Under the pieces are notes generated by a model. That model ran no database searches and was not told the DNA's origin. It saw only the letters and a program-made list of their open reading frames with translations. From assembly GCA_021738625.1 (NCBI GenBank), contig JAIPBS010000007.1, forward strand, positions 22,100-86,099: a stretch of 64,000 nucleotides of DNA, given 5' to 3'. The translations under genes were made by a program, and so were the position numbers. Positions 11,156 through 21,700 of this stretch are shown piece by piece (the first letter of the stretch is position 1; each line of letters opens with the position of its first letter). This stretch comes from Bacteroidales bacterium (GTDB lineage: Bacteria > Bacteroidota > Bacteroidia > Bacteroidales > JAIOZK01).

Positions 11156-12673
11156 TCAATCCTCCATATTGATTTTAATACCGTCGTATTTTTTCTCTTT
11201 TCCGTTTTCATAGCTTATAACCATGAAAAGCGTTCCGTCCGAATTGTATTTTTTCCATTCACCGTCTTTGCGTCCCATCACATAATATTGTTCATCCCTT
11301 ATATTTCCGTTTTCCCAGTAATAGAGATGCCGGCCATTTGGATTGTCGTCGATGAATTCGCCTTCAAAGCTTAATTGCCCATTGCTGTGGTAATGTTTCC
11401 ATTTTCCGTTGCGCAATCCGTCGACATATTCTCCTTCCATCCGGATATCGCCGTAGTCATAAATCCAGTAACCGTTTTCCAGACCTTCAATGTATTCGCC
11501 TTCCGCCACGATATTTCCATCCTCATCGTACTCTGTCATCAGGCCGTCGGCCAGGCCATTGTAATAAGATTCTTCACGAAGCAGGCCACCCTCTTTATAA
11601 TACCACTTCCAGAGTCCCTTGTATTTTCCTTCATCATTGTAAGTGCCCGTTTGCTCAAGCTTACCGTTTTTATGATAAAATTTCCATTCACCTATGCGTT
11701 TGTCTTTTTTGTATCGCCCTTCTGCTTTTAGCTTTCCGTCATCGTAATATTCCTTCCAGAATCCGTCTTTTTCTCCCCGGGTAGTAAGAATGCCTTCTCC
11801 GATCACAATGCCGTTTTTGAAAATATAAGCCTTTTCAATTAGGCCTTCTTCATTGAATTCTCTTCGCACTCCTTCGGGAACACCGTCTTTGTAGGTAGCT
11901 ACGATCCGAACCTGCCCATCGGGATAATAATCTTTTTTCACATCCAACTTGGTGAGTTCTTCCACATCTTCCTGTTTTTCACCGTTCTTATATTTGACCG
12001 CCGTCAGCAGGTTTCCTTCCAGGTCGTATTCCTTGAAATAACCGTGTTTCAGGCCATGCTTATAATTGCCTTCCATCTTCAGCACACCTTCATCATCATA
12101 GAAATATTTCCATTTGCCGTGCTTTTTATCCTGTTGGTCGTATCGGTTTATTTTTTCACGGGAGGTAATAAATCCTTTTTTATAATTGATGACGGTGACA
12201 ATGCGGCCGTCTTTGCCATATTCCCTGGCAATGCCTTCTTCAAGCCCATCTTTGAAATTCACTGTTTTATTGATGCCCCCGTCAGGATAATAATAGATTG
12301 TGAGCCCCTGTTTTACATTGTCCACAAAGTTTTCCTCAATGATCTCATCTTCCCTGTAAATTCTCCTAATGCCGTTCTTTTTTCCGTTTTCATATGTGAT
12401 CTCCATTGCCAGATTTCCGTCCTCATCATAAAACTTCCATAAGCTGTCGAGCTTATGGTTTTCACGATTCCCTTCAGAGATTAAAACACCTTCTTCATTG
12501 TATGTTTTCCAGTATCCGTCTGGTTTCCCATTCGTCATATAGCCTTCACTGGATTTTTCTCCGTTTTCATGGTAAAAAACATTATATCCGTTGGGATCAA
12601 TCTCATTTTCCTGTGAGAAGGATTGAAGTGTAAACGCTGTCAGCAGTAATATTATGTAGGATATTTTTTTCAT
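11156..12673 (-). CDS. MORN-repeat (YwqK-like) repeat protein
   Basis: Signal peptide followed by about 20 repeats of the G.W..YYE.G.L..EG.Y..G..DG type. Confidence 0.7.
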   Translation of the reverse strand: MKKISYIILLLTAFTLQSFSQENEIDPNGYNVFYHENGEKSSEGYMTNGKPDGYWKTYNEEGVLISEGNRENHKLDSLWKFYDEDGNLAMEITYENGKKNGIRRIYREDEIIEENFVDNVKQGLTIYYYPDGGINKTVNFKDGLEEGIAREYGKDGRIVTVINYKKGFITSREKINRYDQQDKKHGKWKYFYDDEGVLKMEGNYKHGLKHGYFKEYDLEGNLLTAVKYKNGEKQEDVEELTKLDVKKDYYPDGQVRIVATYKDGVPEGVRREFNEEGLIEKAYIFKNGIVIGEGILTTRGEKDGFWKEYYDDGKLKAEGRYKKDKRIGEWKFYHKNGKLEQTGTYNDEGKYKGLWKWYYKEGGLLREESYYNGLADGLMTEYDEDGNIVAEGEYIEGLENGYWIYDYGDIRMEGEYVDGLRNGKWKHYHSNGQLSFEGEFIDDNPNGRHLYYWENGNIRDEQYYVMGRKDGEWKKYNSDGTLFMVISYENGKEKKYDGIKINMED

Positions 12674-12690
12674 ATTTCAGTTCAGAAATA

Positions 12691-13218
12691 TCAACGTACC
12701 AAAACACCTTTTGCGATGCGTTGATTGATCTGGTAAATATATTTATCGTCTTTTCTGACCAGCAACCTGGCCCTTTCGCTGTTGGGATTAATATTATAAA
12801 GCAGGGAATCATAAATGATCTTACCCGCTCCCGGTCCCCGGTCGATCACTTCAATTTCATAATAATCCGCGACGTCGCTCAAAACGAAGCTTACGATCTT
12901 GTTGTCTCCCTGTTCAAAAGTTACGCCCAGAAAAGCATCTTCATCGATGCGGCATGCTCCCGGAGTGTTTCTTTTGATAATGATTTCTTCAACAAATTGT
13001 CCGTCTTCAAGTTTGATCTCCCCGTTCACTATTTTTGCATCATCATGGGGCACCACGCGTTTCAGCAAGATTTTTTCAGAATTGTAGAATTGTACCCTTT
13101 CAACGTCCAGATCGTAATAATCCAGGCGTTTTTTCATGTCGTAAGTAAAATACATCTTGTTGCTGCACGAGGCAAGAAACAAGCAAAGGAAGACAAAACA
13201 AACGGATTTATATTTCAT
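12691..13218 (-). CDS. Hypothetical lipoprotein
   Basis: Lipobox LFLASCSN. Compact 175-aa ORF immediately downstream of nadA. Confidence 0.45.
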   Translation of the reverse strand: MKYKSVCFVFLCLFLASCSNKMYFTYDMKKRLDYYDLDVERVQFYNSEKILLKRVVPHDDAKIVNGEIKLEDGQFVEEIIIKRNTPGACRIDEDAFLGVTFEQGDNKIVSFVLSDVADYYEIEVIDRGPGAGKIIYDSLLYNINPNSERARLLVRKDDKYIYQINQRIAKGVLVR

Positions 13219-13225
13219 TTCTTTT

Positions 13226-14188
13226 TCAGATTAGTTTCATTCTCCTTGAAATCTCAAGCATTTTCTCAATGGGCTTTTTGGCCTGCTCTATTGTTTCTTC
13301 CGATAAAACAATTTCCGGTCTTTCGTTTTTCAAGCACAAATATAGCTTTTGCATCGTATTCAACTTCATATACGGGCAATCATTACATGAACATGTTTCA
13401 TCCGTGGGAACAATAATAAATTGCTTATCAGGCGATTCCTTCCTCATCTGGTGCAAAATTCCTGTTTCGGTTGCCACAACGTATTTTTTGCTTTTGTCCG
13501 TTTTTGTAAAGTTAAGCATGGCTGTGGTGGATCCGACAAAGTCGGCCAGTTCGAGTACTGCAGATTTACATTCGGGATGTGCGATTAATTTGGCATCTGG
13601 ATTTTTCAATTTTAGCTTGATGACGGCCTCTGTTTCCAAAACATCGTGCACTTCACAAGTTCCGTCCCACAGAACCATATCCCTACCTGTAACATTATTG
13701 ATGTAAGCACCCAGGTTTTTATCCGGGGCAAATATGATCTTTTGTTCTTGCGGAAATGATTCCACAATCTGTTTGGCATTGCTTGAAGTGCAGATCACAT
13801 CCGACATGGTTTTTATGGCAGCCGTGCAATTGATGTAAGAAATCACGATGTGATCCGGATGCTTTTCCTTGAATTTTTTAAAATCTCCGGGCGGACATGA
13901 TTCTGCCAAAGAACACCCTGCTTCCATATCGGGTAATAGAACTTTGGTATCCGGATTCAGAATTTTTGCCGTTTCGGCCATAAAATGAACACCTGCAAAA
14001 ACGATGATGTCCGCATCCACCTCAGAAGCCTTCTGAGCCAGCCCGAGGCTATCGCCCACAAAATCGGCTATATCCTGAATTTCCCCCACCTGGTAAAAAT
14101 GCGCAAGTAATACAGCATTTTTTTCTTTTTTATATTTCAGAAATTCTTCTCTGAAATCCATATCTTTTTTCCCCCCCGCACGATCCAT
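13226..14188 (-). CDS. nadA: Quinolinate synthase
   Basis: AVLLAHFYQ, FAGVHFMAETAKILNP, and conserved Cys residues for the 4Fe-4S cluster. The true start may be the second ATG at 14161. Confidence 0.9.
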   Translation of the reverse strand: MDRAGGKKDMDFREEFLKYKKEKNAVLLAHFYQVGEIQDIADFVGDSLGLAQKASEVDADIIVFAGVHFMAETAKILNPDTKVLLPDMEAGCSLAESCPPGDFKKFKEKHPDHIVISYINCTAAIKTMSDVICTSSNAKQIVESFPQEQKIIFAPDKNLGAYINNVTGRDMVLWDGTCEVHDVLETEAVIKLKLKNPDAKLIAHPECKSAVLELADFVGSTTAMLNFTKTDKSKKYVVATETGILHQMRKESPDKQFIIVPTDETCSCNDCPYMKLNTMQKLYLCLKNERPEIVLSEETIEQAKKPIEKMLEISRRMKLI

Positions 14189-14297
14189 AATATATATATA
14201 TTCTTTAATAAATATTTTTAATATAATAATTTATAGCTGTTAGTTCTCTTAAAAAAAAACTAACGGCTTTCTTGACTTCTTCTGTTTTACATTTTAT

Positions 14298-14560
14298 TCA
14301 ACAGACAGAAAACTTATTTGTTAATTCTAATATATTCTGTCTCAACAATTTTTATATATTTTCAACAATTGTTGAAAATGAACCATGTTATCAACTTCTG
14401 AATTTTCAACAGTGAAAACCTGTTGATATCTGTTGTGAATTTTTGTAAAACTTTCTGCATTTTGTTTCTTTATCACAAAAAAACAATAATTGTTGATAGC
14501 TTTAAAAACAAGCTAACAATCGTTGACAAATTTACGTACATATAAACGTTTTATTGTTGA
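14298..14560. promoter_or_regulatory. Array of TCAACA / TGTTGA hexamer boxes in the divergent nadA-rpiB intergenic region
   Basis: TCAACA at 14298, 14342, 14362 and 14406. TGTTGA at 14370, 14421, 14491 and 14555. Perfect 16-bp palindrome TTCAACAATTGTTGAA at 14361-14376. Three one-mismatch variants. Confidence 0.4.
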
Positions 14561-14696
14561 TAATTCTCCAAAAAATTGATTTCTAAAAATATACAAAAAT
14601 TTCTTCAAAAATGTTAAATTCATATTTTCTTATATTTGAGCCAGGTAGAAAAAGCAACACGATAATTTTGAATAGCTTTGTAAAAAATTATGAACA

Positions 14697-15146
14697 ATGT
14701 TTGATAAAAGTAAGGAAATACCGATATCAGCGGATCATGGCGGATATGAAATGAAACAATACCTGATCGAAAAACTATCTGAACGGGGATATAAACTTAT
14801 AGATATGGGTACGTTTTCAAAAGAAAGCGTGGATTATCCCGATTTCATTCATCCCCTGGCCAAAGCGGTAAATGATCAAGAATACGAACTGGGTATCATT
14901 TTATGCGGTAGCGGAAACGGCGCACAAATGACGGCCAACAAATATTCGAATGTGCGTGCAGGCCTGGCCTGGGACAAAAAGCAGGCAGAACTTACCAAAC
15001 AGCATAACAAGGCAAATATTCTCTCATTACCAGGTAGATTTCTTGATTTTAATGATGCCGTTGAAATAGTTGAAGTTTTTCTTAACACAGAATTTGAAGG
15101 TGGAAGGCACAACAGAAGGGTAGAAAAGATTTCACAAAAGAGCTAA
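14697..15146 (+). CDS. rpiB: Ribose-5-phosphate isomerase B
   Basis: SADHGGYEMK...ILCGSGNGAQMTANKY..VRA, the RpiB/LacAB family pattern. Confidence 0.9.
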   Translation: MFDKSKEIPISADHGGYEMKQYLIEKLSERGYKLIDMGTFSKESVDYPDFIHPLAKAVNDQEYELGIILCGSGNGAQMTANKYSNVRAGLAWDKKQAELTKQHNKANILSLPGRFLDFNDAVEIVEVFLNTEFEGGRHNRRVEKISQKS

Positions 15147-15148
15147 AC

Positions 15149-16528
15149 ATGTCAAATTTTTCCTCCAGATTCCGAAAAGAGTCAGAACAAAAGGCATTTG
15201 ATCCGATACATCGCAAAACCATTCGGTTCAACATGTCGAGGTATGATGATGCAGTGGAGGAAGGCAAAAAGCAATATCAGAATCTCCCACTGGCAAGGCA
15301 GCGTGCCGCATTTTTAAAACGAAAAGTGATCCGCGACCTGGAAAATCACCTCACCACTTTCGAATCCAATTTCAGGAAAAACGGCGGAAAAGTGATCTGG
15401 GCAAGCGATGCCAAAGACGCCATCCGGCAAATTGCTGATGTACTTCAAAAATCGGAAGTGAAAAAGCTGGTCAAATCCAAATCGATGATCAGCGAGGAGA
15501 TCGATTTAAATGAATTCCTATCAAAGAAAAACATCGAAAGCATCGAAACCGACCTGGGCGAATATATCGTTCAGGTGAAAGGAGAAAAGCCCTATCACAT
15601 TGTTACTCCGGCCATGCATCTTTCGAAAGAAGATATAGCAAAGCTTTTCCATGAAAAATTCAATACGGAAAAAGACGCAAGCCCTGAACAATTGACCGCA
15701 TTTGTACGTGAGCTTCTACGTGAAAAATTTACTTCTGCGGATGCCGGCGTAACAGGGGCCAATTTCCTGCTCGCCGATACCGGATCGGTTTGCATTACAG
15801 AAAACGAAGGCAATGGATTGATGTCGGTTTCTTTTCCTAAAATACACGTTGTAATTGCCGGCATCGAAAAAATAATTCCTTCCATGGAAGACCTGGATCT
15901 TTTCTGGCCTTTGCTTGCTACGCATGGAACGGGACAGCATATAACGGTTTATAATTCGATCATCAGCGGCCCGAAAAAAGACAACGAAACCGACGGCCCG
16001 GAAGAAATGATCGTGGTGTTGCTCGACAACAACAGGACCAGATTGCTGGAAAAAGAAAACCAATACTTATCCCTTAGCTGCATCCGCTGCGGGGCCTGCC
16101 TGAACGCTTGCCCGGTTTACAGGAATATTGGCGGACATACTTATAACACGACTTACAGCGGCCCGATCGGTTCTGTTATCTCGCCACATATGATGGGAAT
16201 GAAAAATTACAAACACCTTAGTTTTGCCTCCTCCCTTTGCGGCAAATGCACTGAAGTGTGCCCGGTGAATATCCCGTTGCATGAATTTTTGCTTGATAAC
16301 AGAAAAGACAGCATTAAGGAAGGACATGCGAAAGGCAAGGAAAAATTCGCAATGCGATTCGCCACAATAGCTCTGAAAAGCAGAAAGCTGATGAATTATG
16401 GCGGAGGCCTGAAAAATTTTGCCATGAAACGGTTTTTCAAAAAAAGCTGGGGACCGCGTCGCGACCTGCCGCATGTGCAGAAAAAAACCTTTAATAAAAT
16501 CTGGAAAGAAAGAAATGAAGGAAAATGA
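15149..16528 (+). CDS. LutB-like iron-sulfur protein (LUD domain plus 2x 4Fe-4S ferredoxin motif)
   Basis: CIRCGACLNACPVY and CGKCTEVCPVNIP, with an upstream LUD-type domain. Confidence 0.75.
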   Translation: MSNFSSRFRKESEQKAFDPIHRKTIRFNMSRYDDAVEEGKKQYQNLPLARQRAAFLKRKVIRDLENHLTTFESNFRKNGGKVIWASDAKDAIRQIADVLQKSEVKKLVKSKSMISEEIDLNEFLSKKNIESIETDLGEYIVQVKGEKPYHIVTPAMHLSKEDIAKLFHEKFNTEKDASPEQLTAFVRELLREKFTSADAGVTGANFLLADTGSVCITENEGNGLMSVSFPKIHVVIAGIEKIIPSMEDLDLFWPLLATHGTGQHITVYNSIISGPKKDNETDGPEEMIVVLLDNNRTRLLEKENQYLSLSCIRCGACLNACPVYRNIGGHTYNTTYSGPIGSVISPHMMGMKNYKHLSFASSLCGKCTEVCPVNIPLHEFLLDNRKDSIKEGHAKGKEKFAMRFATIALKSRKLMNYGGGLKNFAMKRFFKKSWGPRRDLPHVQKKTFNKIWKERNEGK

Positions 16529-17619
16529 TTATGAATGCATTCTTTCTGGATTTCCTGATCATTGCACTCTCGCTTGCTTTCGTTTTATGGGGTCTGCGCG
16601 TATTTAAGATTTACATTGTATTGTTCGGTATTTTTCTTGGAATGATTGGTGGTGTTTATTTAATGGATTCCATCGAACCGTTTGGAAATCAAAGTGTAAA
16701 TATGCTGACTGGCGCTGTGGTCGGCGGTTTGATCGGGGGTTTGCTTGCATGGCCTTTGCAAAAAGTTATTGTTTTTATCATTGCAGGCTTTCTGATGATC
16801 ATATTTGGGATGAGTGGATTGCAATGGGCCGGATGGGAATGGTCCGGGAACTGGTACATATTTACTGCGGCCTTTTTTCTTTTGGGAGGCATCATATCTG
16901 TTTGGTTGTATGATTATCTGATCATTGTTATTATGACCATCACAGCCGTGCATAATTTGTTCAGAATATTCATAAAACCGGATATTTATTTTCAACCTGA
17001 ATATTTGAGTTTAGAAATCCTGTGGGAGAAATTCCTGGATTTTTATACCGACAACTATTTTGTTTTGCTTTTCATGATTTTGATTTACTTGTTCTATGCA
17101 TTGTATTATCAAAAATGGCTGAAACCTTCTGAAAGGAAAGAATATCAATGGAAAATGCACAAAGGTTCTGGTAAGCTTTTTGCTATTCTGATTTTAATAG
17201 CTTACGCTTCAGATTATTATTTTTCAGGAATTATTGGTAATTCTGCATTTCACATAGCTGTTGATATATTCACCTGGCCTTTGCTGGCATTTCTGTTTGG
17301 ATATGTATTTGTAACTATAACTGTTGTTTCCCGTGGTGCGGTTTCGGGGGTGCTTTCTTTTTTATTAAGATACTTTTTTACAGTGGTTTCCGGTCTTCTT
17401 TTGATCCCTTTATTCCGATGGGTGATTTCAACTATGCTAACGGATATGAACTTTGACCTGACTTATATATTTGATTATTTCAGATTTTTTATTGACGGCC
17501 CCACCTATGCCGTTATCGGAAAATGGGTTTACAGTCTGATGTTATTTCCGTTGCTGACGATGCTGTTTGTCTTCAGAAGATTTAAGAAGGCTGAATCATA
17601 CAGCACAGATCAAATCTGA
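16525..17619 (+). CDS. Polytopic membrane protein (about 10 TM helices)
   Basis: Strongly hydrophobic 364-aa ORF. ATGA overlap with the upstream stop. Confidence 0.55.
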   Translation: MIMNAFFLDFLIIALSLAFVLWGLRVFKIYIVLFGIFLGMIGGVYLMDSIEPFGNQSVNMLTGAVVGGLIGGLLAWPLQKVIVFIIAGFLMIIFGMSGLQWAGWEWSGNWYIFTAAFFLLGGIISVWLYDYLIIVIMTITAVHNLFRIFIKPDIYFQPEYLSLEILWEKFLDFYTDNYFVLLFMILIYLFYALYYQKWLKPSERKEYQWKMHKGSGKLFAILILIAYASDYYFSGIIGNSAFHIAVDIFTWPLLAFLFGYVFVTITVVSRGAVSGVLSFLLRYFFTVVSGLLLIPLFRWVISTMLTDMNFDLTYIFDYFRFFIDGPTYAVIGKWVYSLMLFPLLTMLFVFRRFKKAESYSTDQI

Positions 17620-18070
17620 ATTGATTTTTAATGATATTCACATGATACTTTTCAAATATGGGAAGGATGTCTTTGGTTTGGTTTACCGCTTCTTCAATAG
17701 AAAGCGGCTGGTATTTTTTTTCAGCATACCATTTGTGTAAATCGGTTCCACGGATCACCAGGCAGGGATAAATGCGGGTATCATCGGCATCCAGTTCACA
17801 AATCCTTTTAGCCGTGAACATATTTTTCTCAGCATCATTGCCCGGCAGGCCGATCATCATTTGCAAACAAAGCCGGAGAGCGTTTTCTTTGATCAGCCGG
17901 GAGGCCTTTTCGGTGTCTTCTGCCGTATGGCCCCTGCGGCTGGCTTTTAAAACCTCATTGTGCATAACTGTCCGCTGATTTTCTTTTGGTTGCAGTAAAC
18001 GCATTGGAACGGACAGGCCAGCTCGGGAACAAAAACCGGTATAGTGAAATGTTTTTTCTTCACACCTCAA
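17582..18070 (-). pseudogene. 5'-truncated ELP3-like radical SAM gene remnant
   Basis: Only the C-terminal half is present (RRGHTAED...LQMMIGLPG...TRIYPCLVIRGTDL...YQPLS). There is no CxxxCxxC region. The only start is a TTG, and the 3' end overlaps the convergent membrane gene. Confidence 0.5.
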
Positions 18071-18113
18071 AGATAAAAAGTAATGCAGGTAGATTTTGTA
18101 AATTTACATCATC

Positions 18114-18542
18114 ATGAAGATCAGGAATTTTACTTTGGAAGATTATCAGCAGGTCATCATATTGTGGAAAACATGCGAATTACCTTACAAACCGCTGGGC
18201 CGCGACAGCAAAGAAAGCATTGAAAAAGAGCTTAAGAAAGGAATTGCGCATTTCCTGGTGGCTGAACAAAATGGCCGGGTCACCGGAAGCGTTCTGGCCA
18301 CCCATGATGGTCGCAAAGGCTGGATCAACCGGCTGGCCGTGTTGCCTGAATTCAGGGAACAGGGACTGGCCGCTGCACTCGTAAATGAAGCCGAAAGCCG
18401 CCTTCAGGCGGAAGGCATCGGAATCATCGCCTGCCTGATAGAAGATGACAACCCAATCTCCCTGGAGGTTTTTGAACACTTCGGCTATAAAGAATTCCCG
18501 GGCATGCATTATTTGACGAAGAGAAAACATCCGGAGGTGTAG
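18114..18542 (+). CDS. GNAT-family N-acetyltransferase
   Basis: Acetyl-CoA binding motif RLAVLPEFREQGLAAALV. Confidence 0.8.
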   Translation: MKIRNFTLEDYQQVIILWKTCELPYKPLGRDSKESIEKELKKGIAHFLVAEQNGRVTGSVLATHDGRKGWINRLAVLPEFREQGLAAALVNEAESRLQAEGIGIIACLIEDDNPISLEVFEHFGYKEFPGMHYLTKRKHPEV

Positions 18543-18707
18543 CGCCTCAAATATAGAAATGATATAAAGATTCCAAAACATCGCTACATCGCTCAATTGT
18601 TCAATTTTCATTTATTCTTTTGTGCCTTATGTGGTTCAAATTATTAAAGAAACAAAGGATCAAAGATGCAGTGATGTAACGATTGAGCGATTTTCGAAGT
18701 ATAAAAC

Positions 18708-18743
18708 AAAAAAAGGGACAATCTGATCCGGTTGTCCCTTTTG
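18708..18743. terminator. Bidirectional hairpin terminator between the GNAT gene and the alpha-2-macroglobulin gene
   Basis: Stem AGGGACAA (18714-18721) / TTGTCCCT (18732-18739), flanked by an A7 run upstream and TTTT downstream. Confidence 0.6.
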
Positions 18744-18767
18744 GTTTGTTCACAATAAACCAATTAT

Positions 18768-21700
18768 CTATGGTTTAACGGATATGCGTATCCCTTCGGA
18801 ATGGCTGGTAAATTCGGGTGCGTACATGCATTGGATGGTGGCAATGCCGTTTGAGAAATCACCGGCCTGTGAAGCGATCAACGGATATTCAAATACATAG
18901 GTTCCTTTGGGTAGATAATCCATGAAGAAATTGGTGGAAGCGTCGCGGGTGCTTTCATAGTATCCAAGCCCGTCCTGCCAGTTGTAACCGGATAATACGT
19001 TTACCGGTTCAAAGGATGAAGCGCGCATGTCTTTTAGGTGGATGTATTCCATGTCTCTGTCGGAGCGCAGTATGATCCGTACGATCACCTTATCGCCGAT
19101 TTCAATATCTGCGTCTTTTTTGATGGCTTCGATCACCGGCCCGCGATCGGTATTCTTCTCAACGAAGAGTTTTTTCTCTAAACTGAGCGGTGTTTCATGG
19201 GGTGTGATCTTGTCGAGGTCCTGAAAATATTGCCAGTACAATGCTCCCCATGCAATACCCGGATCATTTTTGGTTACCGTGATATCACCCATGGAAGGCT
19301 TGATTTCTGATGCGCTCCAGGATTTTTTAAAATAACCGGTGCCGGCTTCGGTATCGATTTCGGGATCGTTTGCCGGATCGATTTTCAATGATCCCAGGGT
19401 GATCTCAACCAGCTCGTCGCTTTCCAGCAGGTCGGTGCCGCGCAGGATCAGCGCATAAACCGCTTCGGTGGTCGCCTTGGTGGTTTTCCAGCTTTGGGTT
19501 TGTTTTTGCTTAAGCAGCCAGATCTTCATCTCTTCCACCGATTTAAGGTCGTTGGCTACCTCGTCAAAAGCTTCGATCAGCAGCGCCTGCCTTTCGATGG
19601 GCGCCTGGTACCAGTACCAGCCATTGTTGTTCCGCCAGTACATGCCCATTTCTTCCGAACGCAGCGATCTTTCCTTCAGGGATTTGATGATGTCGGAAGG
19701 CGTGGTTTTATAACCATAGCTGTTCAGCGCCAGGGAGATCATTCCCTGCATATAGATGTTTTTCTCCACCCAGAATTCACTCGCCTGATCGCGGTAATAC
19801 CGGAAAGCTTCCTGGTTGGATTTCCTGATCTCGATCTCATCTTTGAAAAAACTCCTGGCATACAAATACTGGATTTGTATTTGTCCGATCTGGTCTTCAT
19901 CCATTTTATCAGGGCGGTTTTTCTTCAGTTCCTCATAATCCTCCCGGATGCGGTCGTCAAGATAAAGCACGGCCTGCCTGATCATATTGCTGGTTTTTTT
20001 ATCGTCCATGATGTTTGCCACTTTAAGATGCTTCAGGTGGCCCATACCGGTGACGATGTGCTGGGTGATGTAGCGGTTGTCGCGCATGCCTTCGAACCAG
20101 GGCCAGCCGCCGTTGGAGCTTTGCATTTGCTGCAATTTGAGCAGGGCGTTTTCCAGTTCGTACGACATCTTGTTCAGATCAAACAGCAGCGCTATCCGTC
20201 TCTTCCGTTCCGATTCGTTTTTGGCCTGTCGCACCCAGGGCGTTTCTTCCAGCAATACGGATTTCAGTTCCTGGTTTTTCTCCAGATTCGACAGCAATGC
20301 ATCCGGGCTGAGGTTTTTCCAGGATTCGAAAACCTGTTTGATCTTCGGGCTGGAATTGGCAATATGCGTGGCCAGGCTGTTGGCATAAAAACGGCTGAAC
20401 ACTTGCTCAGAACATTCGTAGGGATATTCCATAAGATAGGGCAGGGCCTGCACGGCATACCATGCCGGGTTGGAAGTGAATTCCAGTGTTAAACGGTAAT
20501 GGCTTAAAGTCGGTTCATTGGCTGATTTGACCAGCTTCTCGAATTCGAATTTTTTGGTCTCTTCACCTCTTACGGGCAACGGCAATGATTCGGTAACCAG
20601 CATGCGGTTAGGCAGAACCGGTATGGCCATCTCTTCCCCGTCGGAGAAATTGCCAGCTTTTGCAATGATGCGATAAGTAATGGCTTGCAATCCCTCCGGA
20701 ATGATCAACTGCCAACTGACCGATGTACTTTGTCCGGCTTCGAGTTTAAAGTCTTTTTTTGCATTCTTCAACTGAAGCAGATCGTCAATCGGTTTCATGT
20801 TGAGGGCGTTGAACAATTGCAATTCAACCTCTCCGCTCAGATCTTTTTCAACCAGGCTTGCAATTTTTGATGAGAACAAAATGGTATCATCTTCCCTGAA
20901 AAACCTGGGTTGATTTGGAACTACCATCAGCTCTTTCTGGGTGACCAGCTCTTTTTGCACTTTACCGACTTTCAGGTCTTTAGTATAAGCCAGGCCGAGC
21001 ATTTTCCAGCGGGTGAGGGCTTCGGGCATGCTAAAGCTCAAAACGATTTCTCCATCTTCATTGGTTTTCAGATCCGGATAGAAAAAAGCGGTTTCCCGGA
21101 AGTCTTTTCTAACCTGAACCGGAGTAGTTTCTTTTTCTGCCTGTGGCTGCTTATCCGGTTGACCGGGTTCGGCGGACTCTTTGACCATCGGTGGGGATGC
21201 CTCTTCTTCAACCACCTCAACTTCCGACAATTTCATGGGGGCTTCCATCCTGTCTTCTTCGGCGCCCATACCAAGCACGCGATACCTTCCGTAAAAGCTG
21301 AAACCAAACCAGTTGAGTTTGTCGTAACTTTGATAGATGGGTGAAGTCCAGCTGTAGTTTTCATAGGACCTGCTGCTGACTATGCCGAAATTCTGTCCGC
21401 TGTTCCAGTTCAAAGAAATGTAGCGGCTCGGGTACAGATTAAAATGCCAGCTGTTTTCTGCAAACACATCCAGCGAAGCGTCGTACATGGTGGCCAGCAT
21501 TTCGGCTGCGGCCTTTTCACCTTTGGGACCCTTGATGGTGATCTGCCATTCTTCCTTTTGCCCTGGTTTCAGCTTGTCGCGGAAAGTGGCGAATTCGATT
21601 TGCAATTCTTTGTTGGCGTATGGAACCGTAATATTTTGAATGTTCTGGAATATCCTGTTATATTTCACGAAAGAAAGACTCAGTCCGAAGTTTCCCCTGT

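Noticed and set aside
10474-11211. The longer 245-aa version of the lipoprotein ORF, and the upstream-extended versions of RuvC (38865), RNase R (7464), TruB (34224) and the PCMD protein (3529).
   Set aside because: The extensions start at TTG or overlap neighbouring genes, and they add sequence with no family similarity. The internal starts give canonical N-termini or signal peptides.
18578-18700. A weak inverted repeat (ATCGCTCAAT / ATTGAGCGAT) as another heptamer-arm cassette.
   Set aside because: Only about 10 bp pair and there is no tandem heptamer structure. The about 85-nt interval has no ORF of the four-helix-bundle type. It is mentioned only as context for the GNAT insertion.
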